In this document: positions 25,321 through 34,372 of the stretch, in pieces
Layout of the letters: every line of letters begins with the position of its first letter
Position numbering within the stretch: position 1 is the first letter of the stretch
Assembly: GCA_045806525.1 (NCBI GenBank)
Contig: JBJMJD010000105.1
Coordinates: 2,680 to 66,679 of the forward strand
From: Gaiellales bacterium
GTDB taxonomy: Bacteria > Actinomycetota > Thermoleophilia > Gaiellales > JAICJC01
DNA length: 64,000 nucleotides
Direction of reading: 5' to 3'
Notes under the pieces: generated by a model
The model's database searches: none
What the model saw: only the letters and a program-made list of their open reading frames with translations
Told to the model about the DNA's origin: nothing
Translations under genes and position numbers: made by a program

Positions 25321-26240
25321 GACACGTCTCCCTCGGTTGGCATTGCGATCGAGCAGCCCAGGCGCGCGGCCACGTGCGCACCGGCCCGGTTGGCCACGAC
25401 GGCAGCCGCCGCGGGCTGATCGCCGCGCAGCAGACGCCAGCCGAAGGCGGCGGCGAACGCGTCACCGGCGCCGAGGCCGTTCACCACGTCGACCGGGTGG
25501 GGCGGCACCACGGCCGGCTCCTGCCCGGCGACGTACACCGTCACACCGCGGCCACCGTGCTTGTTGGCGACGACGCCGACGCCCATATCAAGCAGCCGGG
25601 AGGCGTCGGCCGTGCCCACGGCCGCGGTCAGCTCTTCGTCGGAGCCGAGCGCCACGCCGGCATGGCGTGCGGCGTCGCGCATGCAGGCGGCGTACTCGAC
25701 CGGGTCGTCCCACAGCACTGGCCGCCAGTCGAGGTCGAGCACCGTGGTGCCGGCGCCTCCGGCCCGCGCCTCAAGCAGCGACTGGGTGGCCAGGCGGGAC
25801 GGCTCGATGGCGAAGCCCGTGCCGCTGACGTAGGCCAGCGGCGCCGCGGCCAGGGCCTCCAGATCGAGCGACCCGACCGCCAGCTCCCAGTCGGGACAGG
25901 TGGGCGTGCGGTAGAAGGTGATCGGGAAGTTGTCCGGCGGCCATGCCTCGCAGAAGGCAAGTGCTGTGCGCAGCGTGGGGTGGGTGCCCAGCCAGCGGCA
26001 ATCCACTCCCTGCGCGGTCAGCCAGTCGCGCACGTAGCGGCCGTGGCCGTCGTCTCCCACGGCCGAGACGATCGCGGTGCGCACACCCAGGCGGGCAAGC
26101 CCGGTGGCGACGTTGCCGGCGAACCCGCCGACGTACTTGTGGAAGCCTTCGACCTGCTCGAGCGGCACCCGCAGCTGCATCGGGTAGAGGTCGACGCAGA
26201 CGCGGCCCATCACCACCGCCTCCAGCTCCGTGGCGCGCAT
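25317..26240 (-). CDS. iolC: 5-dehydro-2-deoxygluconokinase (PfkB family)
   Basis: ATG at 26240. GRVCVDLYP...FHKYVGGFAGNVA...ITFYR...LDLDWRP...GAGDAFAAAF parallels B. subtilis IolC. It lacks the DUF2090 C-terminal domain. Confidence 0.8.
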   Translation of the reverse strand: MRATELEAVVMGRVCVDLYPMQLRVPLEQVEGFHKYVGGFAGNVATGLARLGVRTAIVSAVGDDGHGRYVRDWLTAQGVDCRWLGTHPTLRTALAFCEAWPPDNFPITFYRTPTCPDWELAVGSLDLEALAAAPLAYVSGTGFAIEPSRLATQSLLEARAGGAGTTVLDLDWRPVLWDDPVEYAACMRDAARHAGVALGSDEELTAAVGTADASRLLDMGVGVVANKHGGRGVTVYVAGQEPAVVPPHPVDVVNGLGAGDAFAAAFGWRLLRGDQPAAAAVVANRAGAHVAARLGCSIAMPTEGDVS

Positions 26241-26246
26241 GGGCGC

Positions 26247-26275
26247 ACCATACGTCAATGGTTGAAACGTTTCAA
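26247..26275 (-). promoter_or_regulatory. candidate iolCBE promoter TTGAAA-17-TATGGT embedded in operator site 1
   Basis: On the minus strand, TTGAAA (26275-26270), a 17-nt spacer, then TATGGT (26252-26247). The A of the iolC ATG (26240) lies 7 nt after the -10 and there is no Shine-Dalgarno, which predicts a leaderless mRNA. Confidence 0.3.
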
Positions 26276-26278
26276 CCA
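26259..26278. promoter_or_regulatory. LacI-family operator candidate, site 1: 20-bp perfect palindrome TGGTTGAAACGTTTCAACCA
   Basis: Perfect dyad with a central CG, matching the generic LacI/GalR half-site pattern TGnAAnCG. Its centre is 28 bp upstream of the iolC ATG. Confidence 0.65.
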
Positions 26279-26380
26279 CGGTCGACAAACGCATCTCATG
26301 CCGGGCAGAGTCCTGTCGCGGGATGGTGGGCGACCTGGCGGCAGGGCCGGGGCGCGGCTGGAGGGGCTCGGGGCGGCGAC

Positions 26381-26409
26381 TTGACAACCTCGACCTCGAG
26401 GCAGAAGAT
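26381..26409 (+). promoter_or_regulatory. candidate promoter of the + strand iol operon, TTGACA-17-GAAGAT
   Basis: Perfect -35 TTGACA at 26381-26386 and a weak -10 at 26404-26409. Operator site 2 begins about 10 nt downstream. Confidence 0.3.
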
Positions 26410-26418
26410 ACGCGACCA

Positions 26419-26434
26419 GTTGAAACGTTTCAAC
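26419..26434. promoter_or_regulatory. LacI-family operator candidate, site 2: 16-bp perfect palindrome GTTGAAACGTTTCAAC
   Basis: Its 16-bp core is identical to site 1. Its centre is 41 bp upstream of the GTG at 26468 and 158 bp from the site 1 centre. Confidence 0.65.
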
Positions 26435-26467
26435 AGCGACCGTTCGGAGCTCTAACTGCGGATCGGC

Positions 26468-27409
26468 GTGTTCAACGACGGGTTGGCCCACCTCTCGCGC
26501 GCGGATGCCTTCGCCTGGTGTGCCGAACAGCAGCTGGCCGCGATCGAGATGGGCGTCGGCGGTTGGGCCAAGGCCGCCCACCAGCTGCCGCTCGACCAGC
26601 TGCTGCGCGAGCCCGGTGAGCGCGACCGGCTGGCCGGCGAGCTGACCGAGCACGGGCTGGCGCTGTCATGCGTGAACGCAGCCGGCAACCCGCTGCACCC
26701 CGATCCGGCCGTTGGCCCGCACCACGCGGCGCTGCTGCGGGGGGCGGTCGAGCTGGCCGCACTGCTGGGCGTCGACCGGGTGGTGACGATGAGCGGCTGT
26801 CCAGGCGGCCGCGACGGCGGCACCAGTCCCGTGTTCGCCCCCTGGGCCCTGACCCCGGACGACGAGCCGCTCTGGAATTGGCAGTACGAGCAGCGGCTGG
26901 CGCCGTTCTGGAGAGAGTTGGGCGCGTGGGCGCGCGAGTCCGCGCCGTCGGTGCTGATCTGCCTCGAATTACACGCCGGCGCCTCCGCCTACAGCCCCGG
27001 CGGCTACGTGCGGATTGCCGAGGCAGGGGGCGACAACATCCGCGTCAACTTCGACCCCAGCCACTTCTGGTGGCAGGGCATCGACCCGCTTCGGGTGCTC
27101 GACCAGGTTGGCGACCGGGTCGGGTTCAGCCACGGCAAGGACACGCTGCTGCACCCTGACCGGATCGCCGACCACGGCGTCTTCGACTTCCGCTTTCCGG
27201 TCGATCCGGACATCGCTCCCTGGCACTTCGCTTCGGTCGGCGGCGGCCGTGGGGTAGACGAGTGGTCGCGGCTGCTTGCTGCGCTGCACTCTGCCGGCTA
27301 CCGCGGCGACGTCTCCATCGAGCACGAGGATCCCCGGGTCGACGCCGAGCAGGGCATCCGCGAGTCGCACGCGGTGCTGCGGACGGCGCTGGCCGGGGTG
27401 CCCGCGTGA
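26468..27409 (+). CDS. sugar phosphate isomerase/epimerase (xylose-isomerase-like TIM barrel; IolH/IolI-like)
   Basis: 313 aa. VVTMSGCPGG, ELHAGASAY, FDPSHFWWQG and VSIEHED are typical of the AP-endonuclease-2/xylose-isomerase-like fold. Confidence 0.8.
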   Translation: MFNDGLAHLSRADAFAWCAEQQLAAIEMGVGGWAKAAHQLPLDQLLREPGERDRLAGELTEHGLALSCVNAAGNPLHPDPAVGPHHAALLRGAVELAALLGVDRVVTMSGCPGGRDGGTSPVFAPWALTPDDEPLWNWQYEQRLAPFWRELGAWARESAPSVLICLELHAGASAYSPGGYVRIAEAGGDNIRVNFDPSHFWWQGIDPLRVLDQVGDRVGFSHGKDTLLHPDRIADHGVFDFRFPVDPDIAPWHFASVGGGRGVDEWSRLLAALHSAGYRGDVSIEHEDPRVDAEQGIRESHAVLRTALAGVPA

Positions 27410-28353
27410 GCGCCACCATGCGCGACGTGGCACGCCGCTCCGGCGTGTCGGTGGCGACGGTCTCCAACGTGCTGCACAACACCGCGCCCGTGGCCGAGCG
27501 CACGCGGTTGCGCGTGCTGGAGGCGATCGAGCAACTCGGCTACCGGCAGAACGAGGTGGCGCGATCGCTGAAGCGCCAGACGACTCACACGCTGGGCGTC
27601 TCGATCCCAGATGCGCTCAACCCCTTCCACGCCACGCTGGCGCTCGAGGTCGAGCGGCGCGCGCACCGCGACGGGTTCGCTGTGCTGGTGGCCGAGACCG
27701 AGAACGATCCCGAGACCGAGATGGCGCAGGTGCAGGCCCTGGTGGGCCGGCGCGTGGACGGGGTCATCTTCCCGGCCGTGACAGCAGGCTCGGCAATCCC
27801 CAGCGAACTGCTCGACCGCAGTATCCCGGTGGTCGTGGTGTCGTTCGAGGGCGACGACGAGCGGCTGGGCGTCATCGCGGTGGACGAGTTCGCCGCCATG
27901 GACGAGGTGGTGGAGCACCTGCTCTCGCTCGGCCATCGCCGCATCGCCTTCGCCCACTCCGGCCAGCACGAGGAGCAGGTGGACATCCGTCCTGAGGCGC
28001 TGCGGGCGGCCCTGGCGCGGCGGGGTCTGGAGCCGGTCGCCGGAGTGGCCGCTGCCACCGCCGTCTGCTGCACCAACGACGTGGTCGCGATCGCGCTGCT
28101 CGACGAGCTGGAGCGGGGCGGCCGGCGCGTGCCGCAGGACGTCTCCGTTGTCGGGTTCGACGACATCCCGCTTGCGGCACATGGCCGCATCGACCTCACC
28201 ACCGTGCGGCAGCCGGCTCGCGAGATGGGACGGCTGGCCGCGGAGATGGTGCTGAGCGCGATTGCCGACCGGCGCCACGCCGCCGAGCGCGTGGTGATCG
28301 CGACCGAGCTGATCGTGCGCGGTTCCACAGGCCCCGTGGCGGACGCGGCCTGA
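27406..28353 (+). CDS. LacI-family transcriptional regulator
   Basis: GTG at 27406 (GTGA overlap; alternative ATG at 27418). N-terminal HTH TMRDVARRSGVSVATVSNVLHN followed by a periplasmic-binding-protein-like sugar-binding core. Confidence 0.9.
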   Translation: MSATMRDVARRSGVSVATVSNVLHNTAPVAERTRLRVLEAIEQLGYRQNEVARSLKRQTTHTLGVSIPDALNPFHATLALEVERRAHRDGFAVLVAETENDPETEMAQVQALVGRRVDGVIFPAVTAGSAIPSELLDRSIPVVVVSFEGDDERLGVIAVDEFAAMDEVVEHLLSLGHRRIAFAHSGQHEEQVDIRPEALRAALARRGLEPVAGVAAATAVCCTNDVVAIALLDELERGGRRVPQDVSVVGFDDIPLAAHGRIDLTTVRQPAREMGRLAAEMVLSAIADRRHAAERVVIATELIVRGSTGPVADAA

Positions 28354-29438
28354 TGGACGTCCGCTACCAGGGCGTGGGCAAGATGTTCAGCGGCGTTCCG
28401 GCGCTGATCGACCTCGACCTGGAGGTGCCGGACGGGAAGTTCCTGGCGCTGCTGGGGCCGAGCGGCTGCGGCAAGACCACAGCCCTGCGGATCCTGGCCG
28501 GGCTGGAGGAGCCGACGTCCGGGCAGGTGTTCATCGGCGGGGACGACGTCACCAAGCTGCAGCCGCGCGAACGCGACGTGGCGATGGTGTTCCAGAGCTA
28601 TGCGCTCTACCCGCACAAGAATGTGGCCGAAAACATCGCCTATCCGCTACGGGTGCGCAAGATCGACAAGCGGGAGCGCGAGTTGCGAGTCGCAAAGGTG
28701 GCCGAGCTGCTGTCGATCATGCCGCTGCTGGGCCGGATGCCACGACAGCTATCCGGCGGCCAGCGACAGCGGGTGGCACTGGCACGCGCGATCGTGCGCG
28801 AGCCTCGGGCGTTCCTGATGGACGAGCCGCTGTCGAACCTGGACGCGCAGCTGCGGCTGCAGATGCGGATCGAGATCAAGCGGCTGCAACGCGAACTGGC
28901 CACCACCACGCTCTACGTGACCCACGACCAGGTCGAGGCGATGACCATGGCCGACATGGTGGCAGTGATGCACGAGGGCCGGCTGCAACAGCTGGCGGCC
29001 CCAGCCGATCTCTACGCCCACCCGGCCAACCTGTTCGTGGCCCGCTTCTGCGGCTCGCCGCCCATGAACGTGCTCTCGGGCGATGTGACGGACGGTGTCT
29101 TCGCGCACCCGGCCGGGCGGGTGCCGCTCGACCGCAGCGACCACAGCGGCCCGGTCAAGCTGGGCTTCAGGCCAGAGCATGCGACCATGGTGCAGCCGGG
29201 CACGGCCGGCGCCCTCGCCGCCGAGGTCTACGTGGTGGAGCCGCTCGGCAACGAGACGCTGTTGGCGCTGCAGATCGGCGATGACCTCATCAACCTGCGC
29301 GCGGCCGCCGGAGTCGATCCGGCGGTCGGCAGCTCGTGCGGCGTCCTGCCGGCCACGCCAAACCTCCGCTTGTTCGACGCCGTCACAGGCTCCGCCATCA
29401 CCAACGACCGACCCGCAACCGAAGGAGCGAAAGCATGA
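28353..29438 (+). CDS. ABC sugar transporter ATP-binding protein (MalK/UgpC/MsiK-like)
   Basis: GPSGCGKTT, LSGGQRQRVALARA and FLMDEPLSNLDA, plus a C-terminal TOBE-like regulatory domain. Confidence 0.9.
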   Translation: MDVRYQGVGKMFSGVPALIDLDLEVPDGKFLALLGPSGCGKTTALRILAGLEEPTSGQVFIGGDDVTKLQPRERDVAMVFQSYALYPHKNVAENIAYPLRVRKIDKRERELRVAKVAELLSIMPLLGRMPRQLSGGQRQRVALARAIVREPRAFLMDEPLSNLDAQLRLQMRIEIKRLQRELATTTLYVTHDQVEAMTMADMVAVMHEGRLQQLAAPADLYAHPANLFVARFCGSPPMNVLSGDVTDGVFAHPAGRVPLDRSDHSGPVKLGFRPEHATMVQPGTAGALAAEVYVVEPLGNETLLALQIGDDLINLRAAAGVDPAVGSSCGVLPATPNLRLFDAVTGSAITNDRPATEGAKA

Positions 29439-30808
29439 GCGACCACAGCAGTGAGCGCACCAGGCGCTCGTACACCCGCAGGGAGGTGCTCCGGGGCGCG
29501 GCTGGAACCGGCGCGGCGCTCGGCCTGGCGCCCATCCTTGCGGCCTGCGGAGGCGGCAGCAGCAGCTCCTCCGGCGGCGGCGCGTCCGGAGGCTCGGGTC
29601 CGATCACCATCGGCAGCTTCTCCGATCCGGCCATGGTGCCTTTCCGCGACGATTTCCTGAAGAAGTACACGCAGGAGACCGGCAACGTCGCCCACTACAA
29701 CGAGACCAACTACGACGCCTGGTACCAGAACTCCAAGAACGACGGACTCCAGAAGACCGGCGCCTACGACATCTACGTGATGGACGACAACTGGGTGCCC
29801 GAGTTCGCCGCCTCCGGAATCGTCCAGAGCCTGGATAAGCTGGGCCTCAAGGTGAACCCCGACATCCTGCAGAAGGGCCTCGAGCAGGGCTACTGGCCGC
29901 CCAAGTCGGGGCCGCGGCTGAAGGCGTTCGCGAGCGACACGCCCCAGCTGTACTCGCTGGTGATCATCGACGACGTCGAGATGCTGTATTACAACAGCGA
30001 CTACTTCAAGTCGGCCCCGCAGACGTGGGACGATATCTACGCGGTCGCCAAGACCACCAAGCCGCCGCTCTACGGCTGGACGGCGCGAGGCGTGGCCGGC
30101 AACCCGATCGTGCAGACCTACCTGCCACTGCTCAACTCCTACGGCGGCAACTTCGTGAACGACGACTGGTCGCCGGGGTTCGCCGGGCCGGAGGGCGTGG
30201 GCGCGCTGGAGCGCCTGTTCTCGTTCATCCCGTACATGCCGTCCGGTGTTGCCGCATTCGACACCGACCAGGAGACGGCAGCGTTCCTGCAGGGCCACGC
30301 GACGGCCATGACCGAGTACACGGGCACGGCCCACGGAGTGGACGACCCCACGGTGTCCAAGGTCGTGGGGAAGGTCGACTTCGCGGCCACGCCGTCTCAG
30401 GAGAAGAGTGGACCGGCCATCGGCACGTTCATCTGCGGCATCGCTTCGGGCGCTCCCAACCCGGCCGGCGCGGTCGCATTCCTGGAGTGGTTCACGTCCA
30501 GCAAGGTGCAGCAGGAGTTCGCGGGCGGCGGCAGCGCGGCCGTCACCGGCAGCGCTCTGCGTGATCCGGCACTGTCGAAGAAGTACCGCTGGCTGCCGGC
30601 CATCGCCGACGCAGTCGATAACTCGGTGCCCAAGCCGAAGACCCCCGACGAGCCGAAGATGGAGGATCTACTGGGAACGGCCCTGAACCAGGCGCTGGTG
30701 CAGGCGATCTCGCAGAAGTCCGGGTACCAGCAGATCGCGCAGTCGCACCTCACCACAGCAGCCAATCAGATCACCGCATACCTGAAGCAGCAGGGCACCT
30801 ACTTCTAG
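29435..30808 (+). CDS. ABC sugar-binding lipoprotein (family 1) with Tat-type signal
   Basis: ATG at 29435 (ATGA overlap). RRSYTRREVLRGAAGTGAALGLAPILAACGG combines a twin-arginine motif and a lipobox. Confidence 0.85.
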   Translation: MSDHSSERTRRSYTRREVLRGAAGTGAALGLAPILAACGGGSSSSSGGGASGGSGPITIGSFSDPAMVPFRDDFLKKYTQETGNVAHYNETNYDAWYQNSKNDGLQKTGAYDIYVMDDNWVPEFAASGIVQSLDKLGLKVNPDILQKGLEQGYWPPKSGPRLKAFASDTPQLYSLVIIDDVEMLYYNSDYFKSAPQTWDDIYAVAKTTKPPLYGWTARGVAGNPIVQTYLPLLNSYGGNFVNDDWSPGFAGPEGVGALERLFSFIPYMPSGVAAFDTDQETAAFLQGHATAMTEYTGTAHGVDDPTVSKVVGKVDFAATPSQEKSGPAIGTFICGIASGAPNPAGAVAFLEWFTSSKVQQEFAGGGSAAVTGSALRDPALSKKYRWLPAIADAVDNSVPKPKTPDEPKMEDLLGTALNQALVQAISQKSGYQQIAQSHLTTAANQITAYLKQQGTYF

Positions 30809-30813
30809 GCCCT

Positions 30814-31719
30814 GTGAGGAGAACGTACGCAGCATCCGGCGGACCGGTACGGGCTCGGCGAGGACGGTTCCTCGCCAGCCCGTATCTGATGCTGCTGCCG
30901 GCCGGCATCGCGCTGGCCCTCGTGTCGATCTACCCGCTCTTCTACGGCGTTCGCGCGAGCTTCACGCACTATCTGTACGGCCGTGACCTGGGCTTCAACG
31001 GCCTCACGAACTACCGCATCATCTGGAACGACACGTTCTTCCGCAGCGCCATGCTCACCACGCTCAAGTATGTGGTGTGCACCGTCTCGATCGAGACCGT
31101 GCTGGGGCTAGGCCTGGCGCTGCTGGTGTCACGCGAGATCAAGTTCGCCGGCCCGATCCGGGTCGGCCTGATCCTGCCGATGACGATCGCACCCGTGGTG
31201 GTGGGTGTGATGTGGCGGCTGCTGTACGACAGCGGCGTCGGCGTCGTCAACCCGATCTACGAGTTCTTCGGCCTCGGTCCGCCCGACCTGCTGGCCCACA
31301 ACAACAGCGCCTTTGCGGCGGTGGTGCTGGTCGACATCTGGGAGTGGACGCCGCTGATATTTCTGATCATCCTGGCCGGCCTGCAGTCGTTGCCCGAGGA
31401 GCCGCTGGAGGCCGCGCGAGTGGACGGCGCCGGGCGGCTGCGGCTGTTCTTCGACCACACGCTGCCGCAGCTGCGCTCGGTGCTGCTGGTGGCGGTGGTT
31501 CTGCGCACGATCGATGCGGTCGGCACCTTCGACCAGATCTACGTGCTGACCAAGGGCGGGCCGGGCGACGCCACCCGGGTGATCTCGATCTATGCGTACA
31601 ACACCGCCTTTCTGTTCACCCAGTTTGGCCAGGCTGCCGCCATGCTGGTGTGCCTGCTGGTGATGCTGATGCTTCTCATGATCGTGGCTGTGCGGCTGCT
31701 GAGGAGGGTGTCGGCATGA
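30814..31719 (+). CDS. carbohydrate ABC transporter permease (MalF-like)
   Basis: 301 aa, 6 TM, EAA loop LEAARVDGAGRLRLFFDHTLPQL. Confidence 0.9.
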   Translation: MRRTYAASGGPVRARRGRFLASPYLMLLPAGIALALVSIYPLFYGVRASFTHYLYGRDLGFNGLTNYRIIWNDTFFRSAMLTTLKYVVCTVSIETVLGLGLALLVSREIKFAGPIRVGLILPMTIAPVVVGVMWRLLYDSGVGVVNPIYEFFGLGPPDLLAHNNSAFAAVVLVDIWEWTPLIFLIILAGLQSLPEEPLEAARVDGAGRLRLFFDHTLPQLRSVLLVAVVLRTIDAVGTFDQIYVLTKGGPGDATRVISIYAYNTAFLFTQFGQAAAMLVCLLVMLMLLMIVAVRLLRRVSA

Positions 31720-32546
31720 CCCGCCGCGTGTGGGCCCGCATCGGCCTCTACCTGACGCTTGGCCTGATCCTGCTGATCGCCATGTTCCCGTTCTGGTGGA
31801 TGATCAACACCTCGCTCAAGCAGCAGGCCGACATCTTCGGCGGCGTCACGCTGTACCCGCACAACCCCACGACCGCCAACTACTCGCGGCTGTTCAACAC
31901 CTACCACTTCGCGGAGTACCTGCAGAACAGCATCCTGATCGTGACCGTCTCGGTGGCCGTCAGCCTGGTGCTGGGCACGCTCGCCGCCTATCCTCTGGCG
32001 CGCTTCCACCTGCGGTTCGGGCTCAACCAGTCGGCGCTGGTGGTGGCGCTCCTGGTGCGGATGCTGCCACCGATCCTGCTGGTGATCCCCTTCTACATCA
32101 TGCTCGGCAGGTGGGGTCTTCTGAATACGCGCATGGGTCTGATCCTGATCTACTCCTGCCTCAACACCAGCTTCGTGATCTGGATGATGCAGAGCTTCCT
32201 CGCCGAGATCCCGCGTGACATCGAGGAGGCGGCGATGGTGGACGGCGACAGTCGGCTGACCGCGCTGAGGCGCGTGGTGCTGCCGCTGGCGGCGCCGGGC
32301 CTCGCGGCCACCGCCATCTTCAGCGTGATCGCCACCTACAACGACTTCCTGCTGGCGCTGTCGCTGACCTCGACGCCGACCGCTCAGACGGTGCCCGTGG
32401 GTGTCTCCACCCTGATCGGCAAGATCCAGATCGAGTACGGGCCGATGGCCGCAGCGGGCGTGGTGGGTGCAGTGCCGATCGTGATCTTCGCGCTGCTGGT
32501 GCAGCGCCACTTCGTGCGCGGGCTGACGCTGGGCGCGGTCAAGTGA
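31716..32546 (+). CDS. carbohydrate ABC transporter permease (MalG-like)
   Basis: ATG at 31716 (ATGA overlap). IEEAAMVDGDSRLTALRRVVLPLAAP. Confidence 0.9.
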   Translation: MTRRVWARIGLYLTLGLILLIAMFPFWWMINTSLKQQADIFGGVTLYPHNPTTANYSRLFNTYHFAEYLQNSILIVTVSVAVSLVLGTLAAYPLARFHLRFGLNQSALVVALLVRMLPPILLVIPFYIMLGRWGLLNTRMGLILIYSCLNTSFVIWMMQSFLAEIPRDIEEAAMVDGDSRLTALRRVVLPLAAPGLAATAIFSVIATYNDFLLALSLTSTPTAQTVPVGVSTLIGKIQIEYGPMAAAGVVGAVPIVIFALLVQRHFVRGLTLGAVK

Positions 32547-34372
32547 GCGTCAGGCGGCTGACCACCGCCCAGGCGCTGGTGGCGTTCCTGGCGGCGCAGC
32601 AGGTGGAGCGGGACGGCGTCACGGCGCCGCTGTTCGCGGGCGTGCTCGGCATCTTCGGCCATGGCAACGTGGCCGGCATCGGTCAGGCGCTGCAGCAGGA
32701 CGGGCGGCTGCGCTACGTGCTGCCGCGAAACGAACAGGCGATGGTGCACACGGCCGTGGCCTATGCCAAGCAGCGGCACCGCCTGCAGACGTGGGCCTGC
32801 ACGTCGTCGATCGGGCCGGGCGCGACCAACATGGTGACGGGCGCCGCGCTGGCGACGATCAACCGGCTGCCGGTGCTGCTGCTGCCGGGTGACGTGTTCT
32901 CGTCGCGGCGGCCCAACCCCGTGTTGCAGCAGCTGGAGCTGCCCGGCCGCCCCGAGGCCTCGGTCAACGACACGCTGGCGCCGGTGTCGCGCTTCTTCGA
33001 CCGGGTCAACCGGCCCGACCAGCTGCCCTCGTCGCTGCTGGAGGCGATGCGCGTGCTGACCGACCAGGCCGAGACCGGCGCCGTCACGATCGCGCTACCG
33101 CAGGACGTGCAGGTCGAGGCCGCCGACTTTCCCGATCAGCTGTTCGACCCGCGCGTCTGGCGCATCGACCGAATCGGCGTCGCCGCGCAGCCGCTGGCGG
33201 CCGCGGTGGCGCTGCTGCGGGAGGCGCGACGCCCGTTGATCGTGGCCGGCGGAGGCCTGCGTTACTCCCAGGCCGGCGATGCGCTGCGGGCGCTGGTCGA
33301 TGCCACCGGCATGCCGGTGGCCGAGACGCAGGCCGGCAAGGGCGCCCTCCCCTTCGACCACCGCTCGGCGCTGGGTGCGCTGGGCGCCACCGGCACGCCG
33401 GGCGCCAACCTGGCCGCCCGCGAGGCGGACGTGGTGCTGGCGGTTGGCACCAGGTTGAGTGACTTCACCACCGCCTCGCACACGGCCTTCCAGGATCCCG
33501 GGCTGCGGCTGATCGCGCTCAACGTGTCGGGCTTCGACGCACACAAGCTGGGCGCGCTGCCGCTGGTGGCAGACGCCCGCGCCGGGCTCGAGCAGTTGGC
33601 GGCGGCGCTGACCGGGCATCGGGTGCCCGCGGGCCATGCCGAACTGGCCGCGCGACGCAACTGCGAGTGGGACGCCGAGGTGGAGCGGCTGATGGCGCCG
33701 GCGGCCGGCCCACCCACGCAGGCGCAGGTGATCGGCGCGGTCAATGCCGGCCGGGCTGACGACGTGGTGGTGTGCGCAGCGGGGAGCCTGCCCGGCGACC
33801 TGCACAAGCTCTGGCGCACCCGTGACCCCGACGGCTACCACCTCGAGTACGGCTACTCGTGTATGGGATACGAGGTGGCCGGCGGCCTTGGCGTGAAGCT
33901 GGCGGCGCCCGACCGCGAGGTGATCGTGATGGTCGGCGACGGCTCGTGGCTGATGATGTCGTCCGAGATCGCAACATCCATCCAGGAGGGTGTCCGGATG
34001 ACCGTCGTCCTAATAGACAACAAGGGGTTCGGATCGATCGGAGGGCTGTCACGCTCGCTCGGCTCGGAGGGGTTCGGCACCGGGTACACGGTCTCGGTCG
34101 ACCTCGTCCAGAACGCGGCCAGCCTGGGCGCGATCGCGACGCGGGCCGCGACCCTGGACGAGCTGGCCGCCTCGCTCGATGCCGCGCGCAAGGCAGACCG
34201 CACCAGCGTGATCGTGATCGCCTGCGATCCGGGGCGGCCGGTCGGATCGTACGAGTCGTGGTGGGACGTGCCGGTGGCGGAGGTCTCGGAGATGCCCGCG
34301 GTGCGGCAGGCCCGCGCGAACTACGAGCGGTCGCGCGTGAAACAGCGGCCGTTCCTGGGCGGTTCTGCGTGA
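32543..34372 (+). CDS. iolD: 3D-(3,5/4)-trihydroxycyclohexane-1,2-dione acylhydrolase (TPP-dependent)
   Basis: 609 aa. LTTAQALVAFLAAQ...IFGHGNVAGIGQAL...SSIGPGATNMVTGAALA and the TPP motif GDGSWLMMSSEI...NKGFGSI fit IolD. Confidence 0.9.
   Translation: MSVRRLTTAQALVAFLAAQQVERDGVTAPLFAGVLGIFGHGNVAGIGQALQQDGRLRYVLPRNEQAMVHTAVAYAKQRHRLQTWACTSSIGPGATNMVTGAALATINRLPVLLLPGDVFSSRRPNPVLQQLELPGRPEASVNDTLAPVSRFFDRVNRPDQLPSSLLEAMRVLTDQAETGAVTIALPQDVQVEAADFPDQLFDPRVWRIDRIGVAAQPLAAAVALLREARRPLIVAGGGLRYSQAGDALRALVDATGMPVAETQAGKGALPFDHRSALGALGATGTPGANLAAREADVVLAVGTRLSDFTTASHTAFQDPGLRLIALNVSGFDAHKLGALPLVADARAGLEQLAAALTGHRVPAGHAELAARRNCEWDAEVERLMAPAAGPPTQAQVIGAVNAGRADDVVVCAAGSLPGDLHKLWRTRDPDGYHLEYGYSCMGYEVAGGLGVKLAAPDREVIVMVGDGSWLMMSSEIATSIQEGVRMTVVLIDNKGFGSIGGLSRSLGSEGFGTGYTVSVDLVQNAASLGAIATRAATLDELAASLDAARKADRTSVIVIACDPGRPVGSYESWWDVPVAEVSEMPAVRQARANYERSRVKQRPFLGGSA

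Noticed and set aside
26258-26455. A 66-codon ORF (MVETFQPRST...QLKRFNSDRSEL) that begins in one iol operator and ends after the other.
   Set aside because: Its start and end are simply the two palindromes read in frame (VETFQ / LKRFN). Its middle is GRGAAGGARGG-type filler, and it has no Shine-Dalgarno. I interpret the region as regulatory DNA.
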